Below, piece by piece: positions 55,236 through 63,643 of a stretch of DNA of 64,000 nucleotides (the stretch's first letter is position 1; the number at the start of each line of letters is the position of its first letter). The notes below the pieces were generated by a model that worked only from the letters and a program-made list of their open reading frames with translations, searched no databases and was not told the origin of the DNA. The stretch is from a virus. Lineage: Duplodnaviria > Caudoviricetes. The translations under genes and the position numbers were made by a program. Where the stretch lies: positions 1 through 64,000 of IMG/VR virus record IMGVR_UViG_3300030376_006980. One strand, 5' to 3'.

Positions 55236-56264
55236 ATGGCATACGGAGAAGATTATTCTAGGAGCGCATCTGAGCCTACTTCTGAACAAAGTACTAGGAG
55301 TTTTAGAAAAATGTTCAATAAACAAGGTGATACTCTAGGTTGGGTAGCTGGAAAGGATGTACCTATATATTATACATCAGACCTACCGAATGGTCAACAA
55401 AATGGTTATTCTGTAGATAGTGGTTATTGTGAGTGGAGTAACGGAAATAGGATTTATATAGGTGATACTTATAGTAGCGGTACTCAACCAGCTGGGCTTA
55501 ATGATGGAGCATCTTCAAGATATTGTTATCAATGGACAAGAATAGGTGGTGTAGTAACTGGTTCAGGAAGGGTACAGTTAGGTGTTAACGGTGGAACAAC
55601 CGGTACTTCCGCAACATGGTTAAAATTTGGAGGGAATACCACTTCTTCATTAGCTAATGAAGCTTTAATAACAAGTTATGATATAGGTGAAGGTGATAAA
55701 AACTCCAATGCTTATTGTGTAGCAACTATTCCATTACCTGTTTATTATCAAACAAATGAAAATATACAATCCGGTATTGCTCTAAACCCACCAATGGCTA
55801 GTAGAGCCGATACTACAGCTGGAATCCAAAACTCTCTTCAAGCAAACGCCCTCCAGGGAGTAAAAAAGGATTTTAATGATGATTATATAGGTGGGTCAGG
55901 TACTGTGGTCGGTTTATGGTATAATACAATTGGAGATGAAGGGTTTGACTTTAGGCCAATATTTCCGGATGGAACTGTTACTAGTGCTATAGATCCTCCA
56001 ATAGCAAATGTTACTGGTATGGTACATTTTGGCTATAATACTTTTTGGTATGAACACAGTTTGAATAACAACTATCCTGCAAGATATATGAATATAATAG
56101 TTAAAGCTGTACAAACGCCAAATGGAAGTGATGGTGGCCTAAGAAATTATGTCCCAAGTAGTTCATATACGGGGAATCAATATAGAAATATATTGCCGCC
56201 AATGTATCATTTTACATTTAGTTATGTATTAGGTGGGTATGAAGCAACTGAGACTCTCGGTTAA
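55236..56264 (+). CDS. Gly/Ser/Thr/Tyr-rich beta protein, probable virion component
   Basis: Composition and late-cluster context. Confidence 0.5.
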   Translation: MAYGEDYSRSASEPTSEQSTRSFRKMFNKQGDTLGWVAGKDVPIYYTSDLPNGQQNGYSVDSGYCEWSNGNRIYIGDTYSSGTQPAGLNDGASSRYCYQWTRIGGVVTGSGRVQLGVNGGTTGTSATWLKFGGNTTSSLANEALITSYDIGEGDKNSNAYCVATIPLPVYYQTNENIQSGIALNPPMASRADTTAGIQNSLQANALQGVKKDFNDDYIGGSGTVVGLWYNTIGDEGFDFRPIFPDGTVTSAIDPPIANVTGMVHFGYNTFWYEHSLNNNYPARYMNIIVKAVQTPNGSDGGLRNYVPSSSYTGNQYRNILPPMYHFTFSYVLGGYEATETLG

Positions 56265-56278
56265 AAATAAAAGAAGTA

Positions 56279-57973
56279 ATGAAAAATTTAAAAAGAATAG
56301 ATGAAGCAGTAGGTTCTATCGAAGAAAGAAGAGTTGCTGCTGATAGATTACTTAAAGATGTTGTAAAAGGATCTACCTCATCAGTAGAGGGTATTAAATT
56401 ATCTAAAGAAATGGCTCAAGCATTTTTAGATTGGCAAAGAATGTCTACTTATGGAAAGAAATTCGGTAAGTTACCTTTTTACATGTTATTCACTGCTGCT
56501 TTTAATTGGGGATTGGACAGATACATTGGTAAAGATAAAAAGATTAAAGACGAGTATAAAGAACTTAAGGCTAAGGCTAAAGAAATGAGTAAGCAGCAAA
56601 AAATGAAAGGGGAATCAGTAAACGAAATGTCATTAGGGCATGCAGAGGTAAAAAAAGTAGTAAAAGATTTATCTCGAAATCAAAAAATAGCACTTGAAAG
56701 AGCTATTAAAGACGGAACAATAAAAACATCTGAAGATTTAAGTAATTGGGCAAAATCTATTCATGAATCACTTAATGAAGAGGAAACTCTTATATACGAT
56801 GAATTAGGTACTGAATTACAAAGCATAGAGGATAAGATTAATGATTTAGCTGCTTCTGCTGCCGATCCTAAATGGGCACGTGCATTAGATAGTATAGGAA
56901 GTCAGTTAGATAAATTAATGATGACAATCAATAAGCATGACAGAAAACTTGGTGCTATTGAGTTAAATGAATCTGATGAAATAAATGAAGCATCTGCTAA
57001 AAATGTTTTAAAAGATGCTGTAAATGCATTAACCAAAACATTTGCTGGAAAGAAATTAGATAAATCTTATGTTAAAGATTATTTAGCATCAATGGAGAGA
57101 ATGGCTAAAAAGAAGCCTATGGACTTTGTAAAAGATTATATGAACTTTTCAAATGATGATTGGATAGAAGATGTAGAATATAACATGGCTAATGAAAAAG
57201 TCAATGAAGCTAGATTTGTTAAGTCATATGATACTAAAGTAAATGATGCTGAAACAGAAAAAGAAGTTTTAAAAATATATCCAAAGGCTAAATTCTTTGT
57301 TGGTAAAATGAGTCATTTCTTTGGAGAACTTGAACCTAATCTTTTCTTTAAAGCTTATTATCCTAAATACTATAAACAAGATACAGGTAAATCTATTAAA
57401 GGTGATTTTAAAATTACTTCAGTATATTCTCAAAAAGGAAGTAAGTATGTAGAATTAATGAAAGAATCTATTAATGAAGCTAAATTTAGTTTTTCTGAAG
57501 ATGAAGTAAAGGATGTTGCTGAATTGATAGCAAAAGCAATTGCAAAATTAGATAAAACTAAAACAGCAGTACATGATATGGATTATGTTGCAGGCCGTGG
57601 TGCTGGATTTGAAGTATCAATGGACGGTGAGAAATATGAAGGTGGAAGTTATGTTGTAAGACCTAACGGTGATGTTGTTAATGCTGCTATCGGTAATTCA
57701 TTTCCTAATGCTATATATGCAAAGATAGGAGATAAGGATATTAAAAAAGTTATGAAGAACATTAAAAAGTTTGAATCTGTTGAAATAAATGAAGCTGCAC
57801 CTAAAATGAAAAAGAGTAAAGAAGTAGGAGAATTAGAAAAGCTAAGAATGTTAGTAATTAATTCTAAGAAAGGTGGAGCTGGTAATAGATACGGTAAAGA
57901 ATTTGATAAAGAAAAAAATAAAGCTGTCGTTGCTTTGGATAATATGATAAGCTACGCAAAAATAGGAATATAA
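56279..57973 (+). CDS. Polyprotein-like internal head protein with about 7 (I/V/L)NE| sites
   Basis: IDE|A, VNE|M, LNE|E, INE|A, VNE|A, INE|A, INE|A. Confidence 0.6.
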   Translation: MKNLKRIDEAVGSIEERRVAADRLLKDVVKGSTSSVEGIKLSKEMAQAFLDWQRMSTYGKKFGKLPFYMLFTAAFNWGLDRYIGKDKKIKDEYKELKAKAKEMSKQQKMKGESVNEMSLGHAEVKKVVKDLSRNQKIALERAIKDGTIKTSEDLSNWAKSIHESLNEEETLIYDELGTELQSIEDKINDLAASAADPKWARALDSIGSQLDKLMMTINKHDRKLGAIELNESDEINEASAKNVLKDAVNALTKTFAGKKLDKSYVKDYLASMERMAKKKPMDFVKDYMNFSNDDWIEDVEYNMANEKVNEARFVKSYDTKVNDAETEKEVLKIYPKAKFFVGKMSHFFGELEPNLFFKAYYPKYYKQDTGKSIKGDFKITSVYSQKGSKYVELMKESINEAKFSFSEDEVKDVAELIAKAIAKLDKTKTAVHDMDYVAGRGAGFEVSMDGEKYEGGSYVVRPNGDVVNAAIGNSFPNAIYAKIGDKDIKKVMKNIKKFESVEINEAAPKMKKSKEVGELEKLRMLVINSKKGGAGNRYGKEFDKEKNKAVVALDNMISYAKIGI

Positions 57974-57975
57974 AA

Positions 57976-58317
57976 ATGGAACATTTTAAAACATACGGTG
58001 AATTTATAACTGAAGGCCAATTAAACGAAAAAGATTATTCTACTGAGCAAAGAAAAGAAATGGCAGAAAAAGGATTAGCTTTACCTGATGGTAGTTTTCC
58101 TATTGCTAATGTTCAGGATTTAAAAAATGCTATTTTATCTTATGGCAGATCAAAAGATCATTCAAAAGTTGCTAAGTTTATAGCAAAAAGAGCAAAGGCA
58201 TTAGGTGCTGAAGATCTTATTCCAGATACAGAAGATTTTCAAAAGGCACTTAAAGAAGTTGCTATGAGAGTTCCTGCAAAAACAATTGCAATTGATTCAG
58301 AAGAAGACGAGGACTAA
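57976..58317 (+). CDS. Internal head protein candidate (CTS-like)
   Basis: MEHFKTYGEFITE; ALPDGSFPIANVQDLKNAI..YGR. Confidence 0.6.
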   Translation: MEHFKTYGEFITEGQLNEKDYSTEQRKEMAEKGLALPDGSFPIANVQDLKNAILSYGRSKDHSKVAKFIAKRAKALGAEDLIPDTEDFQKALKEVAMRVPAKTIAIDSEEDED

Positions 58318-58646
58318 TGGCATGTAAATCTTGTAAATGTGGTAAACATGCTCATGATAAGGTTATAGAGCAAATGGATGATTTGACTAAACCTTTTACG
58401 CAAATTCATACAACAGAAGCAGTCGTAAGACATTTTGATAAATCAGCACCTGATCATTTATATAAATGGCATGCCGATGATGAAGATCGTTATGTACAAT
58501 CTTTAAATGAAAATGATTGGAGCTTTCAATTTGATAATGAATTACCTCAATCAATGGAACCTGACAAAATTATTTATATTCCTAAAGGTTTAATACACCG
58601 CTTAATTAAAGGTACTTCTGAATTAAGTATTTCTATAAAGTTTTAA
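58317..58646 (+). CDS. Small cupin-fold protein
   Basis: WHADDEDR...FQFDNELP...IYIPKGLIHRLIKG. Confidence 0.6.
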   Translation: MACKSCKCGKHAHDKVIEQMDDLTKPFTQIHTTEAVVRHFDKSAPDHLYKWHADDEDRYVQSLNENDWSFQFDNELPQSMEPDKIIYIPKGLIHRLIKGTSELSISIKF

Positions 58647-58649
58647 CTT

Positions 58650-58678
58650 AAAACAATCTCTCAACTTCATAGTATAAT
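58650..58678 (+). promoter_or_regulatory. Class B promoter (AAAACA-N17-TATAAT)
   Basis: Upstream of clpC, in tandem with a class A site. Confidence 0.55.
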
Positions 58679-58698
58679 TAATATAGATTAATAACCAC

Positions 58699-58727
58699 TT
58701 TCAGAAATGGTTATTTTTTGTTATTAT
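58699..58727 (+). promoter_or_regulatory. Class A promoter (TTTCAG-N17-TATTAT), overlapping an AATAACCA/TGGTTATT hairpin
   Basis: Exact 17-nt spacer. Confidence 0.65.
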
Positions 58728-58756
58728 TACAATATAATTATACTACAAATAAAACT

Positions 58757-60784
58757 ATGGGAGAAATTTATCCAGAAGAAGAACAAGAAAAACAAAGAAA
58801 ACCTAGATTTAAAAAGCAAACTTTAGTTTTAGATACTTATGGTACTAATTTAAGTAAAAGAGCAATTGAAGGTAAGCTTGATCCTGTCATCGGTAGAACG
58901 GATGAAATTCTTAGGACTATACAAATTTTAGGAAGACGTAGAAAAAACAATCCAGTATTAGTTGGAGAACCTGGTGTTGGTAAAACTGCTATCGTTGAAG
59001 GTTTAGCTTTAAAAATGGTAGAAGGGAATGTTCCTGTATCATTACAAGGTAAAATCATTTATACATTAGAATTATCCACAATTGTTGCTGGGACAAAATA
59101 TCGTGGCCAATTTGAAGAAAGAATGAAATCTATCGTAGATGAATTAATTCTTAATCCACACATCATTGTTTTTATTGATGAATTACATACTTTGGTTGGA
59201 GCCGGTGGTTCTACGGGATCTTTAGATGCGTCCAATATTATTAAGCCAGCTTTGGCGAGAGGTGAAATCAGATGTATAGGTGCAACAACATTTGATGAGT
59301 TTAGAGAAAACATTGAAGGTGATGGGGCATTGGATAGAAGGTTTCAAAAAGTAACAGTTGAGCCTCCAACATTAGAACAAACAATTGAAATACTTTCTAA
59401 TATCAGACATAAGTATGAAGAACACCATAGTGTTTCATATGATGATAATATAATTGATCTTATTGTTAAGTTAGCAGATCGCTATGTTATGGATAGATAC
59501 TTTCCTGATAAAGCTGTTGATATTTTAGATGAAGTAGGATCTTATAAGCATTTAACAAATATGAAAGTTCCTCAAAAGATTAAATCTTTAGAAGAAAAAT
59601 TAGTAGAAAAAGAAAATGCTAAAAGAAAAGCCGTATCACGACAACTTTATGAAGTAGCAGCTAAAGAAAGAGATGCATGTTTAACACTAAAAGAAAGAAT
59701 TAAACAAGATCTTGCAATATGGAAAGAACAGATGGCTGTTAATCAATTAGAAATAACTGAAGATGATGTTTTAAAAGTTGTATCAAAATCAACAGGAGTT
59801 CCTATAGAAAAGATATCGGATAAAGAAAACAAAAATCTTTTAGGAATTAATAAGCACTTATCTTCAAGAGTAATAGGCCAAGATGAAGCAATTGATAAAA
59901 TTTCTGTAACTGTACAAAGAAACCGAGTAGGAATTAGAAAAAGAAACCGAACAATGGGTAATTTTATTTTCTTAGGTCCTACTGGTGTTGGTAAAACTCA
60001 ATTAGCAAAAGAATTAACAGAATATCTTTTTAATAGTGAAGATTCATTAATTAGAGTTGATATGTCTGAATACATGGAACCTCATTCTATTTCTAAATTA
60101 ATCGGAGCTCCTCCGGGATATGTAGGATTTGAAGGTGGTGGGTTTTTAACAGAGCAGGTAAAGAGAAAGCCACACTCAGTTATATTATTTGACGAGATAG
60201 AAAAAGCTCATCCAGAGGTCTTTAATGTATTACTACAAATGTTAGATGATGGACAGTTAACTGATTCATTAGGCAGAACTGTTGATTTTAGAAATTGTTT
60301 AGTAATACTTACTTCAAATACAGGATCTAGAAAATTACAAGATTTTGGTTCTGGTATAGGATTTGAAAGTTCTTCTAAAATGGTTAATCAAGCCGAAGAG
60401 GAAAAATCTATTTTAAGAAAGGCTTTAAAGAATAAATTTTCACCAGAATTTTTAAATAGAATTGATGAAATTGTAGTATTCAACAGATTAACCGAAGATA
60501 ATGTAATGGATATTTTAACTAAAGAGTGTAAAGAACTTGCAACTAATTTAGAAGAAGTAGGAGGTTATAATTTTAAAATAACTAAAGGAGCTAAAACCTT
60601 AATCTTAAATCAGGGATATGATCCTAAGTTTGGAGCAAGGCCATTAAGAAGAACAATTGAAAGAATGATTGAAAATAAAATATCTGAGTACATTCTTAAA
60701 GGCGAATTAAAAGAAGGTGGTACAATTAATGTAAAAGGTATTAAAGGTGAATTAATAATTGACATAACTAATATAAAAGAATAA
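58757..60784 (+). CDS. clpC: ClpC-type AAA+ unfoldase lacking the N-terminal repeat domain
   Basis: Two P-loops ([16 protein letters not shown]), UVR-like middle domain, [15 protein letters not shown] ClpP-docking loop; ATG at 58757. Confidence 0.88.
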   Translation: MGEIYPEEEQEKQRKPRFKKQTLVLDTYGTNLSKRAIEGKLDPVIGRTDEILRTIQILGRRRKNNPVLVGEPGVGKTAIVEGLALKMVEGNVPVSLQGKIIYTLELSTIVAGTKYRGQFEERMKSIVDELILNPHIIVFIDELHTLVGAGGSTGSLDASNIIKPALARGEIRCIGATTFDEFRENIEGDGALDRRFQKVTVEPPTLEQTIEILSNIRHKYEEHHSVSYDDNIIDLIVKLADRYVMDRYFPDKAVDILDEVGSYKHLTNMKVPQKIKSLEEKLVEKENAKRKAVSRQLYEVAAKERDACLTLKERIKQDLAIWKEQMAVNQLEITEDDVLKVVSKSTGVPIEKISDKENKNLLGINKHLSSRVIGQDEAIDKISVTVQRNRVGIRKRNRTMGNFIFLGPTGVGKTQLAKELTEYLFNSEDSLIRVDMSEYMEPHSISKLIGAPPGYVGFEGGGFLTEQVKRKPHSVILFDEIEKAHPEVFNVLLQMLDDGQLTDSLGRTVDFRNCLVILTSNTGSRKLQDFGSGIGFESSSKMVNQAEEEKSILRKALKNKFSPEFLNRIDEIVVFNRLTEDNVMDILTKECKELATNLEEVGGYNFKITKGAKTLILNQGYDPKFGARPLRRTIERMIENKISEYILKGELKEGGTINVKGIKGELIIDITNIKE

Positions 60785-61452
60785 TGAATTACGGAAAAGA
60801 ATTTCAAAAATATGCAATGAGTGATCATAATGTAAGTTCATCAACATTGGACTATTATGAAAAACATATTGAGAACTCAATGACTCCTTATATTTTAGAG
60901 GAGAGGGAAATGAGAGCCACTCAAATTGATATATTTTCAAGATTAATGATGGATAGGTTACTGTGGGTGGCTGGACCAGTCAATGATAACATGTCTACAA
61001 TTGTGCAAGCTCAATTAATGTTTTTGGATAGTGTAGAGAAAAAGGATATTACAATGCATATTGATTCTCCAGGAGGTTCAGTTAAATCAGGACTTTCAAT
61101 GGTGGATGTTATGGATTATATTAAATCAGATATTAGAACGGTTAATACTGGAATGGCTGCATCTATGGGTTCAGTTCTATTAGGAGCAGGGACAAAAGGT
61201 AAAAGAAGTTCTTTAAAACATTCTAAAACAATGCTGCATCAATCAAGCGGTGGTTTTAGAGGAAATATACAAGATGCTGAAATTGATTGGAAAGAATGGC
61301 AAAAAGTAAACAAAGAATTGTTTATTCTTTTAGGTAAGTATTGTGGAAAGAAAGCAGATAAAGTAGCAAAAGATGCAACAAGAGATTTTTGGATGAATGC
61401 TGAAGAAGCTGTTAAGTATGGAATAATCGACGAGGTAATCGGAGCTAAATAA
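60784..61452 (+). CDS. clpP: ClpP protease proteolytic subunit
   Basis: DSPGGSV, AASMG (Ser), MLHQ (His), RDFW (Asp); TPYILEER..DIFSRLMMDR. Confidence 0.95.
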   Translation: MNYGKEFQKYAMSDHNVSSSTLDYYEKHIENSMTPYILEEREMRATQIDIFSRLMMDRLLWVAGPVNDNMSTIVQAQLMFLDSVEKKDITMHIDSPGGSVKSGLSMVDVMDYIKSDIRTVNTGMAASMGSVLLGAGTKGKRSSLKHSKTMLHQSSGGFRGNIQDAEIDWKEWQKVNKELFILLGKYCGKKADKVAKDATRDFWMNAEEAVKYGIIDEVIGAK

Positions 61453-61459
61453 ATATAAT

Positions 61460-61618
61460 ATGAAAATACTAATTTGGATTAAAAGAGAGGACGCCGTAAG
61501 CGGAATCATTACCAAATACTATACTTATTTACCTATCAGTGAAAAATTTCATGAATGGGTACAAGTAGAAATAACACAAGATGAATTTACAAAATTAGAA
61601 GATGATCAAATTTATTAA
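61460..61618 (+). CDS. Small hypothetical protein, 52 aa (MKILIWIKREDAVSG...)
   Basis: Hand-translated; overlaps the next gene. Confidence 0.55.
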   Translation: MKILIWIKREDAVSGIITKYYTYLPISEKFHEWVQVEITQDEFTKLEDDQIY

Positions 61619-61793
61619 AAAAATATTTAAAGGAAAAACAGAATTAGAAAAATTAGAAGCTCAGCATAAAGATCTTTTAGGACAAGCATTCATTGCATCT
61701 AAATCAAATCGAACTTTAAGTGACACTTTAACATTTGAGGCAAGTAAGATAGAAGAAAAAATAATTGAACTAAGAAAGAATGAAACTAATTAA
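61602..61793 (+). CDS. Small helical protein resembling the Flavobacteriaceae Lacal_2735 family
   Basis: KTELEKLEAQHKDLL..A...S..NRT.SD....EA..IE. Confidence 0.55.
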   Translation: MIKFIKKIFKGKTELEKLEAQHKDLLGQAFIASKSNRTLSDTLTFEASKIEEKIIELRKNETN

Positions 61794-61860
61794 AAAATTA
61801 ATATTCTTAATTAGATTAAAGTTCGCAAAAAGAAAAAGAAAATCAGTATGGGATCTATAA
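61780..61860 (+). CDS. 26-aa cationic amphipathic peptide (MKLIKKLIFLIRLKFAKRKRKSVWDL)
   Basis: Hand-translated; overlaps both neighbours. Confidence 0.45.
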   Translation: MKLIKKLIFLIRLKFAKRKRKSVWDL

Positions 61861-62153
61861 AAGAACTAACCGATAAAATATCATTTAGATTATTAGCCAC
61901 TCGTAAGCACGAAGATTATGATTGGTTAGAAGATCAAATGAAACAAGTTGTAAAACCAAAATCATTTTTAGATAATAAGTGGGTAAAGATAATTTTTAGT
62001 CTTGCTATAATGGGATCTGCTATACCTTCAATCTATCAAGATTTTACTTATGGACATCAAGGAACTTGGACACATTATGGAATGGCCTTAGTTGGAGTTT
62101 TATATTTTATTGAATCTTTACTGTGGACACTAGATTTATGGAAAAAGAATTAA
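61848..62153 (+). CDS. 2-TM membrane protein
   Basis: Two hydrophobic segments. Confidence 0.6.
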   Translation: MGSIKELTDKISFRLLATRKHEDYDWLEDQMKQVVKPKSFLDNKWVKIIFSLAIMGSAIPSIYQDFTYGHQGTWTHYGMALVGVLYFIESLLWTLDLWKKN

Positions 62154-62515
62154 AGAAAAAGTTAGAAAAATACGAAGATCTTATTTTTGAAGGTCATTCA
62201 ATAAACAATAAAGATTTTTATAATTTAAAAAGGCAACTTTTAAAAGGTGAACATTTAGATCTTATTCAAATCTTTGAGGTTTTAGAATCTATGATTGAAA
62301 AAAGAAATAATGATTTAATGAATAGAAGATTAAACCTTCTTACCATTTGGTCAACTATATTTTTACCTCTCTCATTTTATACTGGGCTTTGGGGAATGAA
62401 TTTTGATGATGTACCTTTAATTTCAGATGATAACGGTTTTTGGATATTTACTGTACTTTCTTTATTAACTATAGGAGGTATGTGGTGGTATTTTAAAAAG
62501 CATAAATGGATATAG
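62138..62515 (+). CDS. corA: Miniature CorA-family Mg2+ channel (stalk plus two TM helices only)
   Basis: MNRRLNLLTIWSTIFLPLSFYTGLWGMNF (GMN), WYFKKHKWI; 125 aa. Confidence 0.8.
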   Translation: MEKELKKKLEKYEDLIFEGHSINNKDFYNLKRQLLKGEHLDLIQIFEVLESMIEKRNNDLMNRRLNLLTIWSTIFLPLSFYTGLWGMNFDDVPLISDDNGFWIFTVLSLLTIGGMWWYFKKHKWI

Positions 62516-62516
62516 A

Positions 62517-63593
62517 ATGAGATTACATATACTAGGTATACCGAGAAATGCATCAACATCTAAACTTACGATGGATCCTTATGCAATGATTAGTTATTAT
62601 ACTACAACATATTTGCATAGAGCTGGTCATGAAGTACATTATTATGGATATAAAGAATCAACTGTAGAGTGTACACAGAAATGGGAATGTGGAGATAGAG
62701 ATTTTTTAGAAAAATATTATATCACTAAAGGGTTTGAAAAAACTCACTGGAAAAATTCAGAAGAAGCTTGTGAAATATTTTCTAATAAAGCAAAAGATCA
62801 TTTACTAAATAATTATAAAGAAGGAGATATTATTATATGTAATTGGAGTCCTTCTGTTGATATTTTAAGAAGATCATTTAAATATGCTAAAATAGTAGAT
62901 GGTAATATTAATCATCGTTCACCTTCATCAGCAACTAATTACCATGTACATTCTTCTATAGCTAATCAACATTTTTTGTATGGTGCAGCTGCTGAAAGAA
63001 AGGGTGATTATGATACTGAAGATCATTGGCAAGATACTGTAATATATCCTATGGCTAATGAATTAGATAATTTTGTTTACAAAAAAGATAAAGAAGATTA
63101 TTTTTTCTTTATGGGTAGGTTAGGTTTAAATAAAGGTATTCATATTCTGAGAGATCTTGCTGCTCATTTCCCAGATAAAAAATTTATTATTGCTGGTCAA
63201 GGAACAATGATTATAGATCTTTTACCTAATATGGAATTTGTAGGATGTTTAGACGGAGAAGAGAAAAAAGAATATCTTTCAAATGCTAAAGCAATGATAT
63301 CTCCATCAACATATTCTGAACCGTTTGGCTTAACACCCGTAGAAGCAGGTTTATCAGGTACTCCTACTATTTGTACTGATTGGGGTGGATATACCGAAAA
63401 TGTCTTAGATGGTATTACTGGTTTTAGGTGTACATATTTTAATGATTTTGTAAATGCTATTAATAATATTGAAACACTTAAACCTGAAGACTGTAGAAAA
63501 TTCAGTGAACGATTTGCTGCTGAAACTTTGGTAAAAGATTGGGAAAAATACTTACATAAAATAGATCGTGACAGTTGGTATGATTTGGATTAA
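62517..63593 (+). CDS. Glycosyltransferase family 4 (GT-B)
   Basis: FMGRLGLNKG, IIAGQG, EPFGLTPVEAGLSGTP.I.TDWGG..E.V.DG.TGF. Confidence 0.88.
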   Translation: MRLHILGIPRNASTSKLTMDPYAMISYYTTTYLHRAGHEVHYYGYKESTVECTQKWECGDRDFLEKYYITKGFEKTHWKNSEEACEIFSNKAKDHLLNNYKEGDIIICNWSPSVDILRRSFKYAKIVDGNINHRSPSSATNYHVHSSIANQHFLYGAAAERKGDYDTEDHWQDTVIYPMANELDNFVYKKDKEDYFFFMGRLGLNKGIHILRDLAAHFPDKKFIIAGQGTMIIDLLPNMEFVGCLDGEEKKEYLSNAKAMISPSTYSEPFGLTPVEAGLSGTPTICTDWGGYTENVLDGITGFRCTYFNDFVNAINNIETLKPEDCRKFSERFAAETLVKDWEKYLHKIDRDSWYDLD

Positions 63594-63597
63594 AATC

Positions 63598-63626
63598 TTT
63601 CAGATATGAATTTAATTTGTTATATT
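63598..63626 (+). promoter_or_regulatory. Class A promoter (TTTCAG-N17-TATATT)
   Basis: Upstream of uvsE. Confidence 0.7.
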
Positions 63627-63643
63627 TAATTTAAATACATAAT

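Noticed and set aside
58691-58720. AATAACCA/TGGTTATT hairpin plus T tract read as a terminator
   Set aside because: Weak AT-rich stem that coincides with a class A promoter; its role cannot be resolved from sequence.
1557-61515. About 30 short minus-strand or alternative-frame ORFs in the track (e.g. 18407..18967, 19940..20389, 40995..41432, 59059..59313)
   Set aside because: They lie fully inside well-supported + strand genes, lack recognisable motifs and read as antisense shadows of biased codon usage.
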